The notes under the pieces are model-generated. The model made no database searches. It was not told the DNA's origin and was given only the letters and a program-made list of their open reading frames with translations. DNA of 64,000 bases from contig CAWDXG010000001.1 of NCBI GenBank assembly GCA_963806225.1, positions 512,001 through 576,000 of the forward strand. Direction: 5' to 3'. Shown here piece by piece: positions 26,996 through 36,289 of the stretch; positions within the stretch are counted from its first letter, which is position 1, and each line of letters opens with the position of its first letter. The DNA comes from an uncultured delta proteobacterium. Its GTDB lineage: Bacteria; Myxococcota_A; Polyangia; Polyangiales; Polyangiaceae. The translations under genes were made by a program, and so were the position numbers.

Positions 26996-27742
26996 GTGGT
27001 GGACAGCAGGCTGCGTCTTCTAATCGTCGACGACCACGTCGACCTGGCCGAGAATCTGGCGGAGATCCTCGCTGACGCGGGCTACGAGGCCGATATCGCC
27101 GAGACGGCCGAACAGGCGCTAGAGCGTCTGTCGGAGGTCGAATACCAGGGGGTTATCACCGACTTCCGGCTTCCGGGCAGGAGCGGCGTCGAGCTGCTGG
27201 TCGAGCTGAGGCAGGCCGGCCACCAGCTGCCCGTGGTCATGGTGAGTGCGTTCGCCGACAGCGAAGTGGTGGCGGAAGCCGAGCAGGTTGGCGCGCTGGA
27301 TGTGTTGTCGAAACCGGTGGATTTCGATCGGCTGTTCGCGCTGGTCGCGGAGTTCGAGCGCGGTCAACAGAGCGTGCTGGTGGTCGACGACAACGAGGAG
27401 CTGGCAGCGGACTTCGCCGAAGCGCTGCGTTCCCGCGGCATCGAGCCCGTCATCGTTGGCAGCAGTGCGGCAGCCGCGCTCTCCCAGCGCGCGTTGCCGA
27501 GGGTTGCCGTGCTGGACGTGCGGCTTCCCGATCAGAGCGGCATCGAGCTCGCCCAGCGCCTGCTCGCCCGCGACCCCAAGTTGCAGATCGTGTTCGTCAC
27601 CGGCTACGCCGACGAAGCGCGCGATATCGTGCAGCAGGTTCTGCCGGGTCTCGTGCCTCGCGAGGGAGAGCCGGCGATCCTGACGAAACCCGTCGATCTG
27701 GAACTGCTGGTAGTCCGGGTCAGCGAAGCGGCGCGTCAATGA
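26996..27742 (+). CDS. nmpT: Dual-receiver response regulator with no output domain (NmpT-like)
   Basis: Two REC domains, each with DD, a phosphoacceptor D (ITDFRLP; VLDVRLP) and KP. Confidence 0.85.
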   Translation: MVDSRLRLLIVDDHVDLAENLAEILADAGYEADIAETAEQALERLSEVEYQGVITDFRLPGRSGVELLVELRQAGHQLPVVMVSAFADSEVVAEAEQVGALDVLSKPVDFDRLFALVAEFERGQQSVLVVDDNEELAADFAEALRSRGIEPVIVGSSAAAALSQRALPRVAVLDVRLPDQSGIELAQRLLARDPKLQIVFVTGYADEARDIVQQVLPGLVPREGEPAILTKPVDLELLVVRVSEAARQ

Positions 27743-29172
27743 GCCCCGCCCGGGTTCTCGTCGTCGACGACAACGAGGAGCTCGCCGAGAACGTCTGCGA
27801 GATTCTCGAGGTCGTCGACGAGGTAGAGATCGAGAGCAGCGTCGCAACGTCGGGCCAGTCGGCCATCGACCTTGCGACAATCAAGGACTTCGATCTCGCG
27901 CTCATCGACCTGCATCTGCCCGACGCCAGCGGCACCGACCTGATCGGGAGGATCCGCGCGGGTTCACCGCACGCCGAGGTGGTGATCATCACCGGGGACG
28001 CCACCATCGAGAGCGCCATCAATGCCGTGAAGGAAGGCGCATTCGCCTACGTGCTCAAGCCGTTCCGCGGCGATGAGCTCATCGAAACGGTCCGCCGAGC
28101 ACTGGCCCAGGCGCGGCTGTTCCGCGAGCGCGAGCACCTGCGGCGCGAGCTCGAGCGCTCGGAGCGCCGGCATCGCGAGGTGCTGGAGACAGTGCCCGCC
28201 TTCGTCCTCGGCTTCGACGGCGAAGGCCGGATCGTGCTGTGGAACCGCTGGCTCGAGGAGGTGACCGGCTTCGCGCGGGAGGAGATGCTGGGAACGCCCG
28301 GAGCGCATCTGGTGGGGCGGAGCGGTACCGATCGCCGGCTGCCTCTGAAGCGAGGCGGCTACCGGCTGGTGCGCTGGCAGACCGCCGTCGTTCCGGCCGA
28401 CGGCCACGAAACGATGACCTACGGGCTGGGCAGGGACGTGACGGACGAGCGGGAAATGCTCCGGCGCACCCTGCGTGCGGAACGTCTGGCGGCGGTGGGC
28501 ACGCTGGCGGCGGGCCTCGCCCACGAAGTGCGCAATCCGCTCAACTCGGCGCAACTGCAGCTCTCCGTTCTCGAGCGGCGCATCGAGCGCGGCAAGCATG
28601 AACCCGACAACCTGCTCGCCGTGACGCGCGTGGTGAAAGACGAGATCAAGCGGCTGGATCGGCTGGTGAGCGACTTTCTCGCATTCGCGCAGCCGCGCCC
28701 GCTCGAGCTCCAGCGCAAGCCCGTCAACGAGCTGGTCGAGTCCGCGGCCGAGTTGATCCGGCCCGAGGCGGACTCCGCCGGCGTCGTGGTCCAGGTCGAG
28801 CTCGAGCCGAATGCCGGCGCGGTGCTGGTCGAGCCGGAGCGCATGCGCCAGGTGCTGCTCAACCTGGTCCGCAACGCCCTGGAGGCCATGGCGGACGGCG
28901 GGACGCTCAGCCTGCGCACGTGCGGCCCAGACGACCTCGGCAACGTCCGCATCGAAGTGGAGGATACCGGCCCCGGCTTCGGCGAGGAGGCTCCGGTCTT
29001 CGACGCGTTCTACACGACCAAGCAGGGCGGGACGGGCCTGGGGCTCGCCATCGTGCACCGGATTGTCACCGCCCACGACGGCAACATCCGCGTCGAGTCC
29101 CGTCCCGGCCGCACCTGTTTCACCGTGCTGCTGCCCGATCAGCCTGGCGACTCGACTCCGGCACCTGCGTGA
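27739..29172 (+). CDS. nmpS: Hybrid sensor kinase REC-PAS-HisKA-HATPase (NmpS-like)
   Basis: N-terminal REC (LIDLHLPD), short PAS (IVLWN..LEEVTGF), LAHEVRNPL, NLVRNA, GTGLGL. ATGA overlap with the upstream gene. Confidence 0.88.
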   Translation: MSPARVLVVDDNEELAENVCEILEVVDEVEIESSVATSGQSAIDLATIKDFDLALIDLHLPDASGTDLIGRIRAGSPHAEVVIITGDATIESAINAVKEGAFAYVLKPFRGDELIETVRRALAQARLFREREHLRRELERSERRHREVLETVPAFVLGFDGEGRIVLWNRWLEEVTGFAREEMLGTPGAHLVGRSGTDRRLPLKRGGYRLVRWQTAVVPADGHETMTYGLGRDVTDEREMLRRTLRAERLAAVGTLAAGLAHEVRNPLNSAQLQLSVLERRIERGKHEPDNLLAVTRVVKDEIKRLDRLVSDFLAFAQPRPLELQRKPVNELVESAAELIRPEADSAGVVVQVELEPNAGAVLVEPERMRQVLLNLVRNALEAMADGGTLSLRTCGPDDLGNVRIEVEDTGPGFGEEAPVFDAFYTTKQGGTGLGLAIVHRIVTAHDGNIRVESRPGRTCFTVLLPDQPGDSTPAPA

Positions 29173-29202
29173 GCGCAGCCCCAGCGGCCCAGCGGGCGGC
29201 CG

Positions 29203-29246
29203 GCGCAACAGTTGCGTTGGGCTGCCTTCTGGCGCACCATCTGCGC
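29203..29246 (+). promoter_or_regulatory. Tandem palindromic candidate enhancer (UAS) boxes, GCGCA-N5-TGCG(C/T)
   Basis: GCGCA-ACAGT-TGCGT (29203-29217) and GCGCA-CCATC-TGCGC (29232-29246), about 100-130 bp upstream of the predicted transcription start. Confidence 0.55.
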
Positions 29247-29311
29247 GCACCCGCAAGCGCCCTTTGGCAGGGCCGCTGGATATGCGCGCATTTGGCCGCA
29301 CCAGTGGCTCT

Positions 29312-29327
29312 TGGCACGAGTGGTGCA
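29312..29327 (+). promoter_or_regulatory. Sigma-54 promoter of the NtrC-family regulator
   Basis: TGGCACG-AGTG-GTGCA with GG-N10-GC spacing. GGAGG SD precedes GTG 29389. Confidence 0.7.
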
Positions 29328-29388
29328 GATCAGCGGAAAGCGCTGCATTGGGCTCTTTCGAGCTCCCCGCCAGCTGGAGGCAAGACCA

Positions 29389-30774
<1,386 letters not shown>

Positions 30775-30853
30775 CGGTCGCACCAGCCTGCGGCGGCGCG
30801 CCCGGCGCATCGCGCGTGCGTTTCCGGCCTCGCTCTGTCAATCTCCTTCCGAG

Positions 30854-31423
30854 ATGACCGAGTCGACCGCGTGGAAGCACTGCAGCACCTGCAAGACCGA
30901 CATTGCCTTCGGGCAGAGCTACTACGAGTGCAGCGTCTCGACCTGCAACCGGAAGCGGACAGCGCTCTACTTCTGCTCGCTGCCGTGCTGGGAAGCGCAC
31001 CTGCCGATGATGCGCCATCGCGACGCCTGGGCGGTCGAAGCGCGTGCTCCGGAGCGTGAAGCCTGGGCGCGGGAGCAGGAGGCCGAGCTCGAGGCCGGCC
31101 GCGCGCGGCAGGCGCGGGCCGACACCGCGCCGGAAGCTCCCGAGCGTCGGGTGGTCGGCGTCGGGGCGTCGCCTGCCGCCCCGTCGGCGCTCGAGCTCAG
31201 GGACGACGACCTGCCCCGCGAAGTGCTGGTCGTCGTCTCCAAGCTCAAGCAGTACATCCGCGCCAGGTCCGGCATGAACACCTCCGACAACGTGACGGGG
31301 ATCCTGTCGGACCACATCCGGCGCTTGTGCGACCACGCGATCCGGAGCGCGGGGCAGGACGGCCGCAAGACGGTGCTCGACCGCGATTTCCCCGAAGTCC
31401 CCCGGCATCACGGGCGGGAATAG
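30854..31423 (+). CDS. Bacterial histone-fold protein with an N-terminal zinc finger (ZZ-histone-like)
   Basis: N-terminus CSTC...YECSVSTC...FCSLPCWEAH; C-terminus EVLVVVSKLKQYIRARSGMNTSDNVTGILSDHIRRLCDHAIRSAGQDGRKTVLDRDF with the RKTVxxxD histone-fold motif. Confidence 0.85.
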   Translation: MTESTAWKHCSTCKTDIAFGQSYYECSVSTCNRKRTALYFCSLPCWEAHLPMMRHRDAWAVEARAPEREAWAREQEAELEAGRARQARADTAPEAPERRVVGVGASPAAPSALELRDDDLPREVLVVVSKLKQYIRARSGMNTSDNVTGILSDHIRRLCDHAIRSAGQDGRKTVLDRDFPEVPRHHGRE

Positions 31424-31536
31424 TCCTGCCGCGTCGTGCCTTTCTCGTTGACGGTGGGTGTTCTCCGGCCCCGGCGTGGTAGGGGCATTCGAGATTCGAC
31501 CACACCCGTTTGCGGGGTGATCTAGAGTAGGGTCCC

Positions 31537-33135
31537 ATGGCTTCCGAACAACGCAGCTTCCGACGGCAGTGGCTGCTGCCCGTGGTCGGGCTCGTCACGC
31601 TGTCGCTGGCGTTCTTCTGGGGCTTCTACACGCTCGATCAGTACTTCACTGGCGGCCCCGTGGCCCTGCATCCGCCCGGCGCCTTCGACCGCTACATCCA
31701 CTTCGACCCGGATCACATCACCGACGCGGTGAGCCAGCTGGGCGCCATGGTGGCGGCAGTGCTGGGTATCGTGATCACGGTGGTCAGCATCATCGTGCAG
31801 TTGTCCGCCGACCGCTACACGGGCGTCGCGCGCATGTTCCTGAGCGACCGCATCAACCTGTCGGTGATGGCCTTCTATGTGGTCGGCACCGTCAGCGGCG
31901 TGTGGTGCAGCGTATCGATCCAGAGCAATTTCGCGCCGCGCGCCACGCTGCTCGCCATGATCGTCATCAACACCTTCGCGTTGGTGTTGATGGCGCCGTA
32001 CTTCGGCTACGTGTTCTGGTTCCTCGAACCGATGAACATCATTGCGCGCATCCGCAGCGAGGCGGTGAAGACCGCCGCCTCCGGAACCATCGCCAAGGAT
32101 TCCGGAGACATCGCCGACGCCCAGGCCGCGACGCTGACGGCCATGGAGGAGCTGACCGACATCACGAGCAACTCCATCTCCGGCAAGGACAAGATCATTG
32201 CCAGCGGCGCGGTCGATGCGCTGAAGGACTTCGCGCTCGAGTACCTCAAGGCCAAGCCGCAAGCATCGAGCAGCTGGTTCGATATCGGGGGCAGCATCCG
32301 CGAAAACCCGGATTTCGTCGCGATGGATCCGGAGAGCCTGGAGGACCTCGAACAGCGCCGGACCTGGGTCGAATGGAAGGTGATGCGGCAGTACCTCGGC
32401 ATCTACAACGAGGCACTCGCCCAGATGCGCGACATCGACTACCTCATCGCGATCGACACGCGCTACATCGGCGAGGCCGCGGGCGAGGCGCGGGATGCCG
32501 AGCTCATCCAGCTGGTGTTCCGCTTCATGAACTCCTACCTGCGCGCCACGCTCAACGCCCGCGATGTCCGGACCGCCTACAATGTCCTGAACCAGTACCG
32601 ATTGCTGGTGGAGGCCATGCTCCGGCAGGGCAACGGTGCGGCTGCCGTCGAGGGCGTCAAGCACATGAACTACTACGGGCACGTCAGCTTCGACATGAAG
32701 CTCACGTTCGTGACCGAGACCGTCGCCTACAACGTCTCCGCCCTGTGCCAGTACGCCCACGAGCTCGGCGCGCCCGAGGAAGACAAGATGCTGAAGTTCT
32801 TCCTCGAGCTGGATCGCCCCCTCAGGGTCCGCAGCCAGGAAAAGGCGCTGCTCGGTGTGCGCAAGGCGCAGGTCAAGCTCGCAGCGTACTATCTCGCCCA
32901 CGACGAGGAGAAGAAGGCGCGCATGATCTCCGAGGACATGGAGAACGAGCCCGCCGAGCGGCTGTTGGCGATCCGCGAGGCGCTGGAGCACGTCACCAGC
33001 AAGGATTTCTGGGAGATCATCGACCGCGGACGCAACTTCGAGTACATGCCGCCGCGCCAGCGCGAGATGCTCGCCGTCTTCTTCGACTGGCTGGGCGTAG
33101 GCACGCCCGTGCCGAAGGCTTCCGCCGCGTCCTGA
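31537..33135 (+). CDS. Membrane protein, DUF2254-like, with a large helical cytoplasmic domain
   Basis: Four N-terminal TM helices including ITVVSIIVQLSADRYTG; long soluble C-terminus. Confidence 0.7.
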   Translation: MASEQRSFRRQWLLPVVGLVTLSLAFFWGFYTLDQYFTGGPVALHPPGAFDRYIHFDPDHITDAVSQLGAMVAAVLGIVITVVSIIVQLSADRYTGVARMFLSDRINLSVMAFYVVGTVSGVWCSVSIQSNFAPRATLLAMIVINTFALVLMAPYFGYVFWFLEPMNIIARIRSEAVKTAASGTIAKDSGDIADAQAATLTAMEELTDITSNSISGKDKIIASGAVDALKDFALEYLKAKPQASSSWFDIGGSIRENPDFVAMDPESLEDLEQRRTWVEWKVMRQYLGIYNEALAQMRDIDYLIAIDTRYIGEAAGEARDAELIQLVFRFMNSYLRATLNARDVRTAYNVLNQYRLLVEAMLRQGNGAAAVEGVKHMNYYGHVSFDMKLTFVTETVAYNVSALCQYAHELGAPEEDKMLKFFLELDRPLRVRSQEKALLGVRKAQVKLAAYYLAHDEEKKARMISEDMENEPAERLLAIREALEHVTSKDFWEIIDRGRNFEYMPPRQREMLAVFFDWLGVGTPVPKASAAS

Positions 33136-33157
33136 TTGCCGCTGCCGGGCGGGGCGC

Positions 33158-34174
33158 CTACTCGGGACGTGTCCCGACGACGACCATCTCGTTGCCGTGG
33201 GCAAAGGTGTACGGCTCGGCGCGCATGCCGAACTTGACGAACTCGGCGGCGATCTGGTCCGGGCGCAGGAAGTGGTTGCCCTGGACATGCTCGTTGAGGT
33301 TCTGCAGAGCCATGCCGCGGCGCGACGGATCCCTGAGCTCGGCACGGCGGTCGGGCCAGCGCGGCTCCCAGATCACCGCCGAACCACCGGGCGCGAGGTG
33401 GTCGCGCAGGATGCGGAACACGCGGTCGCGTGTTGCCCAGACGTGGTGCAGAGCGCGGTTCATCGCGATGACCTGGGCGGGCTCCTCGACGCTGAAGTGG
33501 TTGATGTCCCCGGCGTAGAAAGTGAGCCGGTCGGCGACGCCGTCCCGCTCGGCCAGCTTCTTGGCCTGCTCCACGTTCGAGGAAAAGCCGTCGAGGCCGA
33601 TGCCGCGCAGGTTGGGGTAGCGCTTCGCCAGATGGCGCAGGTACCAGCCGTTGCCCGAGCCGAGATCGACGACCAGCCCGCGGCGGCAATCGGCTTCGGC
33701 GTACACGGGCAGTGCCGGCGCGATCTGCTCGTCGAACAGCGGTCCAAACGTCGCTTCCAGCATCGGACCGAACCAGGGCAGGATGTTCTCCTTCTCGGCC
33801 AACACCTGTTCGCCGGGGCGTTCACCCGTCTCCAGCAAGCCGACGACGCGATCGGCCATGTGCGCGACCAGCGCCGACTGCACCGCGAACGGCATCAGCG
33901 TGCCCTCCGCGTCGGGACAGAACCGCCGACCGCGCTCCGTGAGGATGAAGCTACCGCTCTCGTCGTCGAGGTAGTCGAAAGCGTAGGCGGCGTCGCACCA
34001 GCGCTCCACATACGCGCGGTCCAGCTCTGCGGCCCGGGCGAGCTGCTCCGGCGTGGCCTTTCCGAGCTCGTCGAGCTTCGCCAGGAGCCCGCTGCTCACG
34101 CCGATGAAGGCGATCTGGAGCGAGGCCGCGCCGGCCGCCTGGGTCATGACCTCTTTCCGGATGTCGTCTGTCAT
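33158..34174 (-). CDS. Class I SAM-dependent methyltransferase with an N-terminal winged helix
   Basis: TPEQLARAAELDRAYVERWC; VVDLGSGNGW; ALHH; LAPGG. Confidence 0.88.
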   Translation of the reverse strand: MTDDIRKEVMTQAAGAASLQIAFIGVSSGLLAKLDELGKATPEQLARAAELDRAYVERWCDAAYAFDYLDDESGSFILTERGRRFCPDAEGTLMPFAVQSALVAHMADRVVGLLETGERPGEQVLAEKENILPWFGPMLEATFGPLFDEQIAPALPVYAEADCRRGLVVDLGSGNGWYLRHLAKRYPNLRGIGLDGFSSNVEQAKKLAERDGVADRLTFYAGDINHFSVEEPAQVIAMNRALHHVWATRDRVFRILRDHLAPGGSAVIWEPRWPDRRAELRDPSRRGMALQNLNEHVQGNHFLRPDQIAAEFVKFGMRAEPYTFAHGNEMVVVGTRPE

Positions 34175-34253
34175 GCGTCCTCTTCCTGCCGTAGCGTGAA
34201 GGCGCCGTCGGTCCGGCGCCAGCCGTTTCGGAGCAGCGTCGGCGGGCTTGCCG

Positions 34254-36032
34254 TCACGACGTGCGGTTTCCGGAGTCCGCTTCGTCGCCGGAGCCAGCTC
34301 TCTTCACGGGATTGTCCCCGGTCCTGCCCGCCGGGCCCGACCCCGCGCCGGGATCGCCGAACAGGTGCCGGATCTGCTCCTTCGCCTTGTCCGCGGCGGC
34401 CACGACGATCCGGTCGCCCGGTTCGAGCTTCGTGTCGCCGTGTACGGCGACCATGGAACGATCGCGCAGGATGCTGACGATGATGGTGTCGTCGGGCAGC
34501 GGGATGTCGCGGATCGCCTTGCGCGCCGCGGCCGCCTTCGGCGAGATGCGCACGTTGTAGAGCGACTGCGTCGTGCCAGGAAGCGGAACCGAGTGCCCGC
34601 TCGACAGGCGTTCGGCGACCTCCTGCATCATGACGTCGTCGGCAAGGTGGAAGCGATGCTGCCTGAGCAGCGAGAGCGTGGTCCGGTAGTACTCCTCGTG
34701 ATGCACGGGGCTGTCGGCCGGCGACGGTACCTGCGCTTCGTACAGGCTCGGATATTTCGCCCGGCTGGTGAGCGCCTGCTGCAGCAACACCGCGGGGACG
34801 ACCGCCACCATGGTCGGCACGATCAGACCGTAGCCGCCGGTCATCTCGACCACCATCACCAACGTGGCCAGCGGCACGCGCGCCGCGGCACCGAACATGG
34901 CGGCCATGCCGACCACGGCGAAGGCCTGCGGCGGCACGCCGTGCGCCAAGCCGCCGAGCCCCACGGCGATCGCCCCGCCGAGCATGGCGCCCACGTACAG
35001 CGTGGGAGCGAACACGCCGCCGGAGCCGCCGGAGCCGACACTGAGCGACAGCGCCGGGAGCTTGGCCAGCGCGAGCCCCAACATCAAGAAGAACGGAAGG
35101 TGCCCGTCGATGGCGAGCTGCATCCAGCCGTAGCCGCCGCCCAGCACCTGCGGCAGGAACATCGCCGGCACGCCCAGCATGAGGCCGCCGAGGGCTGGCT
35201 TCAGGTGGCGTGGAATGGGGATTTTCTTGAACAGATCGCGCGTGCCGTAGAACACGGTCGGAAGCAGCGCGCCGATCCCGCCGCACGCGACGCCGAGCGC
35301 TCCGTACCAGAGCAGATGGACGGGGTTATTGAACTCGAGGCGCGCCGGCAGCGCGAACAGCGGTGCCCAGCCGTCGAACATGCCGTTGAGCCCGTACGCC
35401 ACGGCAGCGGCGACGATCGCGAAGCTCAGGACGGTTTCCTCGAACGCCAGCCCGCCATACAGGATTTCCACCGCGAAGATGGCAGTGCCGAGCGGGCTCT
35501 TGAAGATCGCGGACAGGCCGGCGGCCATGCCGATCAGGGTGAGATAGCGGCGTTCGTCGTCGGTGACCTTCAGCAGATCGCCGACGAGGGCGCCGACGCC
35601 CGCGGCGATCTGGGCGGTCGGGCCTTCGCGCCCGGCGGAGCCGCCCGAGCCGATCGTGATCGCGCTCGCGATCGACTTGACGACCGGAACACGCGCCCGG
35701 ATGCGCCCTCTTTCGCGGTGGTAGGCGCGCACCACGGCGTCCGTGCCGTGCCCCTCCGCTTCGGGCGCGAACGTGTAGACCAGGAGGCCAGCCAGCAGTC
35801 CTCCGAGGGTGGTGACGACCGGTATCCACCAGTCGAGGCCGGTCGCCAAGGGGGGGCCGGACGCGCCCGCGACGCTTTGGGGCGTTGGCGGCGTGAAATG
35901 ACCGACGCCCGTGAGCAGGAGGTGCTGCGCGACGTTCAGCATCCACTCGAACAGCTGGGCTCCCAGCGCGCCGACGACGCCCAGCACCACGCTCAAGATC
36001 AACAGTCTGGCGTTGCGATTGAGTCGGGGCAT
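34254..36032 (-). CDS. ClC-family chloride channel/transporter with a C-terminal TrkA-C (RCK_C) domain
   Basis: APEAEGHGTD, GSAGREGPT, GGSGGVFAPT, VGMAA, SLY; C-terminal RKAIRDIPLPDDTIIVSILR...TKLEPGDRIVV. Confidence 0.92.
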   Translation of the reverse strand: MPRLNRNARLLILSVVLGVVGALGAQLFEWMLNVAQHLLLTGVGHFTPPTPQSVAGASGPPLATGLDWWIPVVTTLGGLLAGLLVYTFAPEAEGHGTDAVVRAYHRERGRIRARVPVVKSIASAITIGSGGSAGREGPTAQIAAGVGALVGDLLKVTDDERRYLTLIGMAAGLSAIFKSPLGTAIFAVEILYGGLAFEETVLSFAIVAAAVAYGLNGMFDGWAPLFALPARLEFNNPVHLLWYGALGVACGGIGALLPTVFYGTRDLFKKIPIPRHLKPALGGLMLGVPAMFLPQVLGGGYGWMQLAIDGHLPFFLMLGLALAKLPALSLSVGSGGSGGVFAPTLYVGAMLGGAIAVGLGGLAHGVPPQAFAVVGMAAMFGAAARVPLATLVMVVEMTGGYGLIVPTMVAVVPAVLLQQALTSRAKYPSLYEAQVPSPADSPVHHEEYYRTTLSLLRQHRFHLADDVMMQEVAERLSSGHSVPLPGTTQSLYNVRISPKAAAARKAIRDIPLPDDTIIVSILRDRSMVAVHGDTKLEPGDRIVVAAADKAKEQIRHLFGDPGAGSGPAGRTGDNPVKRAGSGDEADSGNRTS

Positions 36033-36289
36033 GCAGCGTTCTGCGGTGACTTCTGGCTCTGGCGTGTGGTGCGCGCGGGGCCTGGCGCTCGTCCCCCGGC
36101 AGCGCCTCGTCGCACGCCGGAAGCAACATAGGCACCTGTTCCGGCGGTCGCAACGCGGGCCGCGGGGCTGCACAGTTCCAGCAGGAATGAAGCCAGAACG
36201 GCGTGCGTTGACGCATGTCCAGGGGCGGCAGGGTTTCGAGGCCGCGAGCGGTTCCACAACGCCGGGCGATGATCTAGCGTCCCCGCACC

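Noticed and set aside
31424..31536. Possible structured ncRNA between the histone and DUF2254-like genes
   Set aside because: Only a short imperfect complementarity (GGGTGT/ACACCC) is present, with no recognisable family. The region is adequately explained as promoter sequence.
36033..36289. Fluoride or other riboswitch upstream of the ClC gene
   Set aside because: Only generic GC hairpins are visible, and I could not match a riboswitch consensus by eye. The ClC also lacks CLC-F-type motifs. An Rfam/Infernal scan would be decisive.
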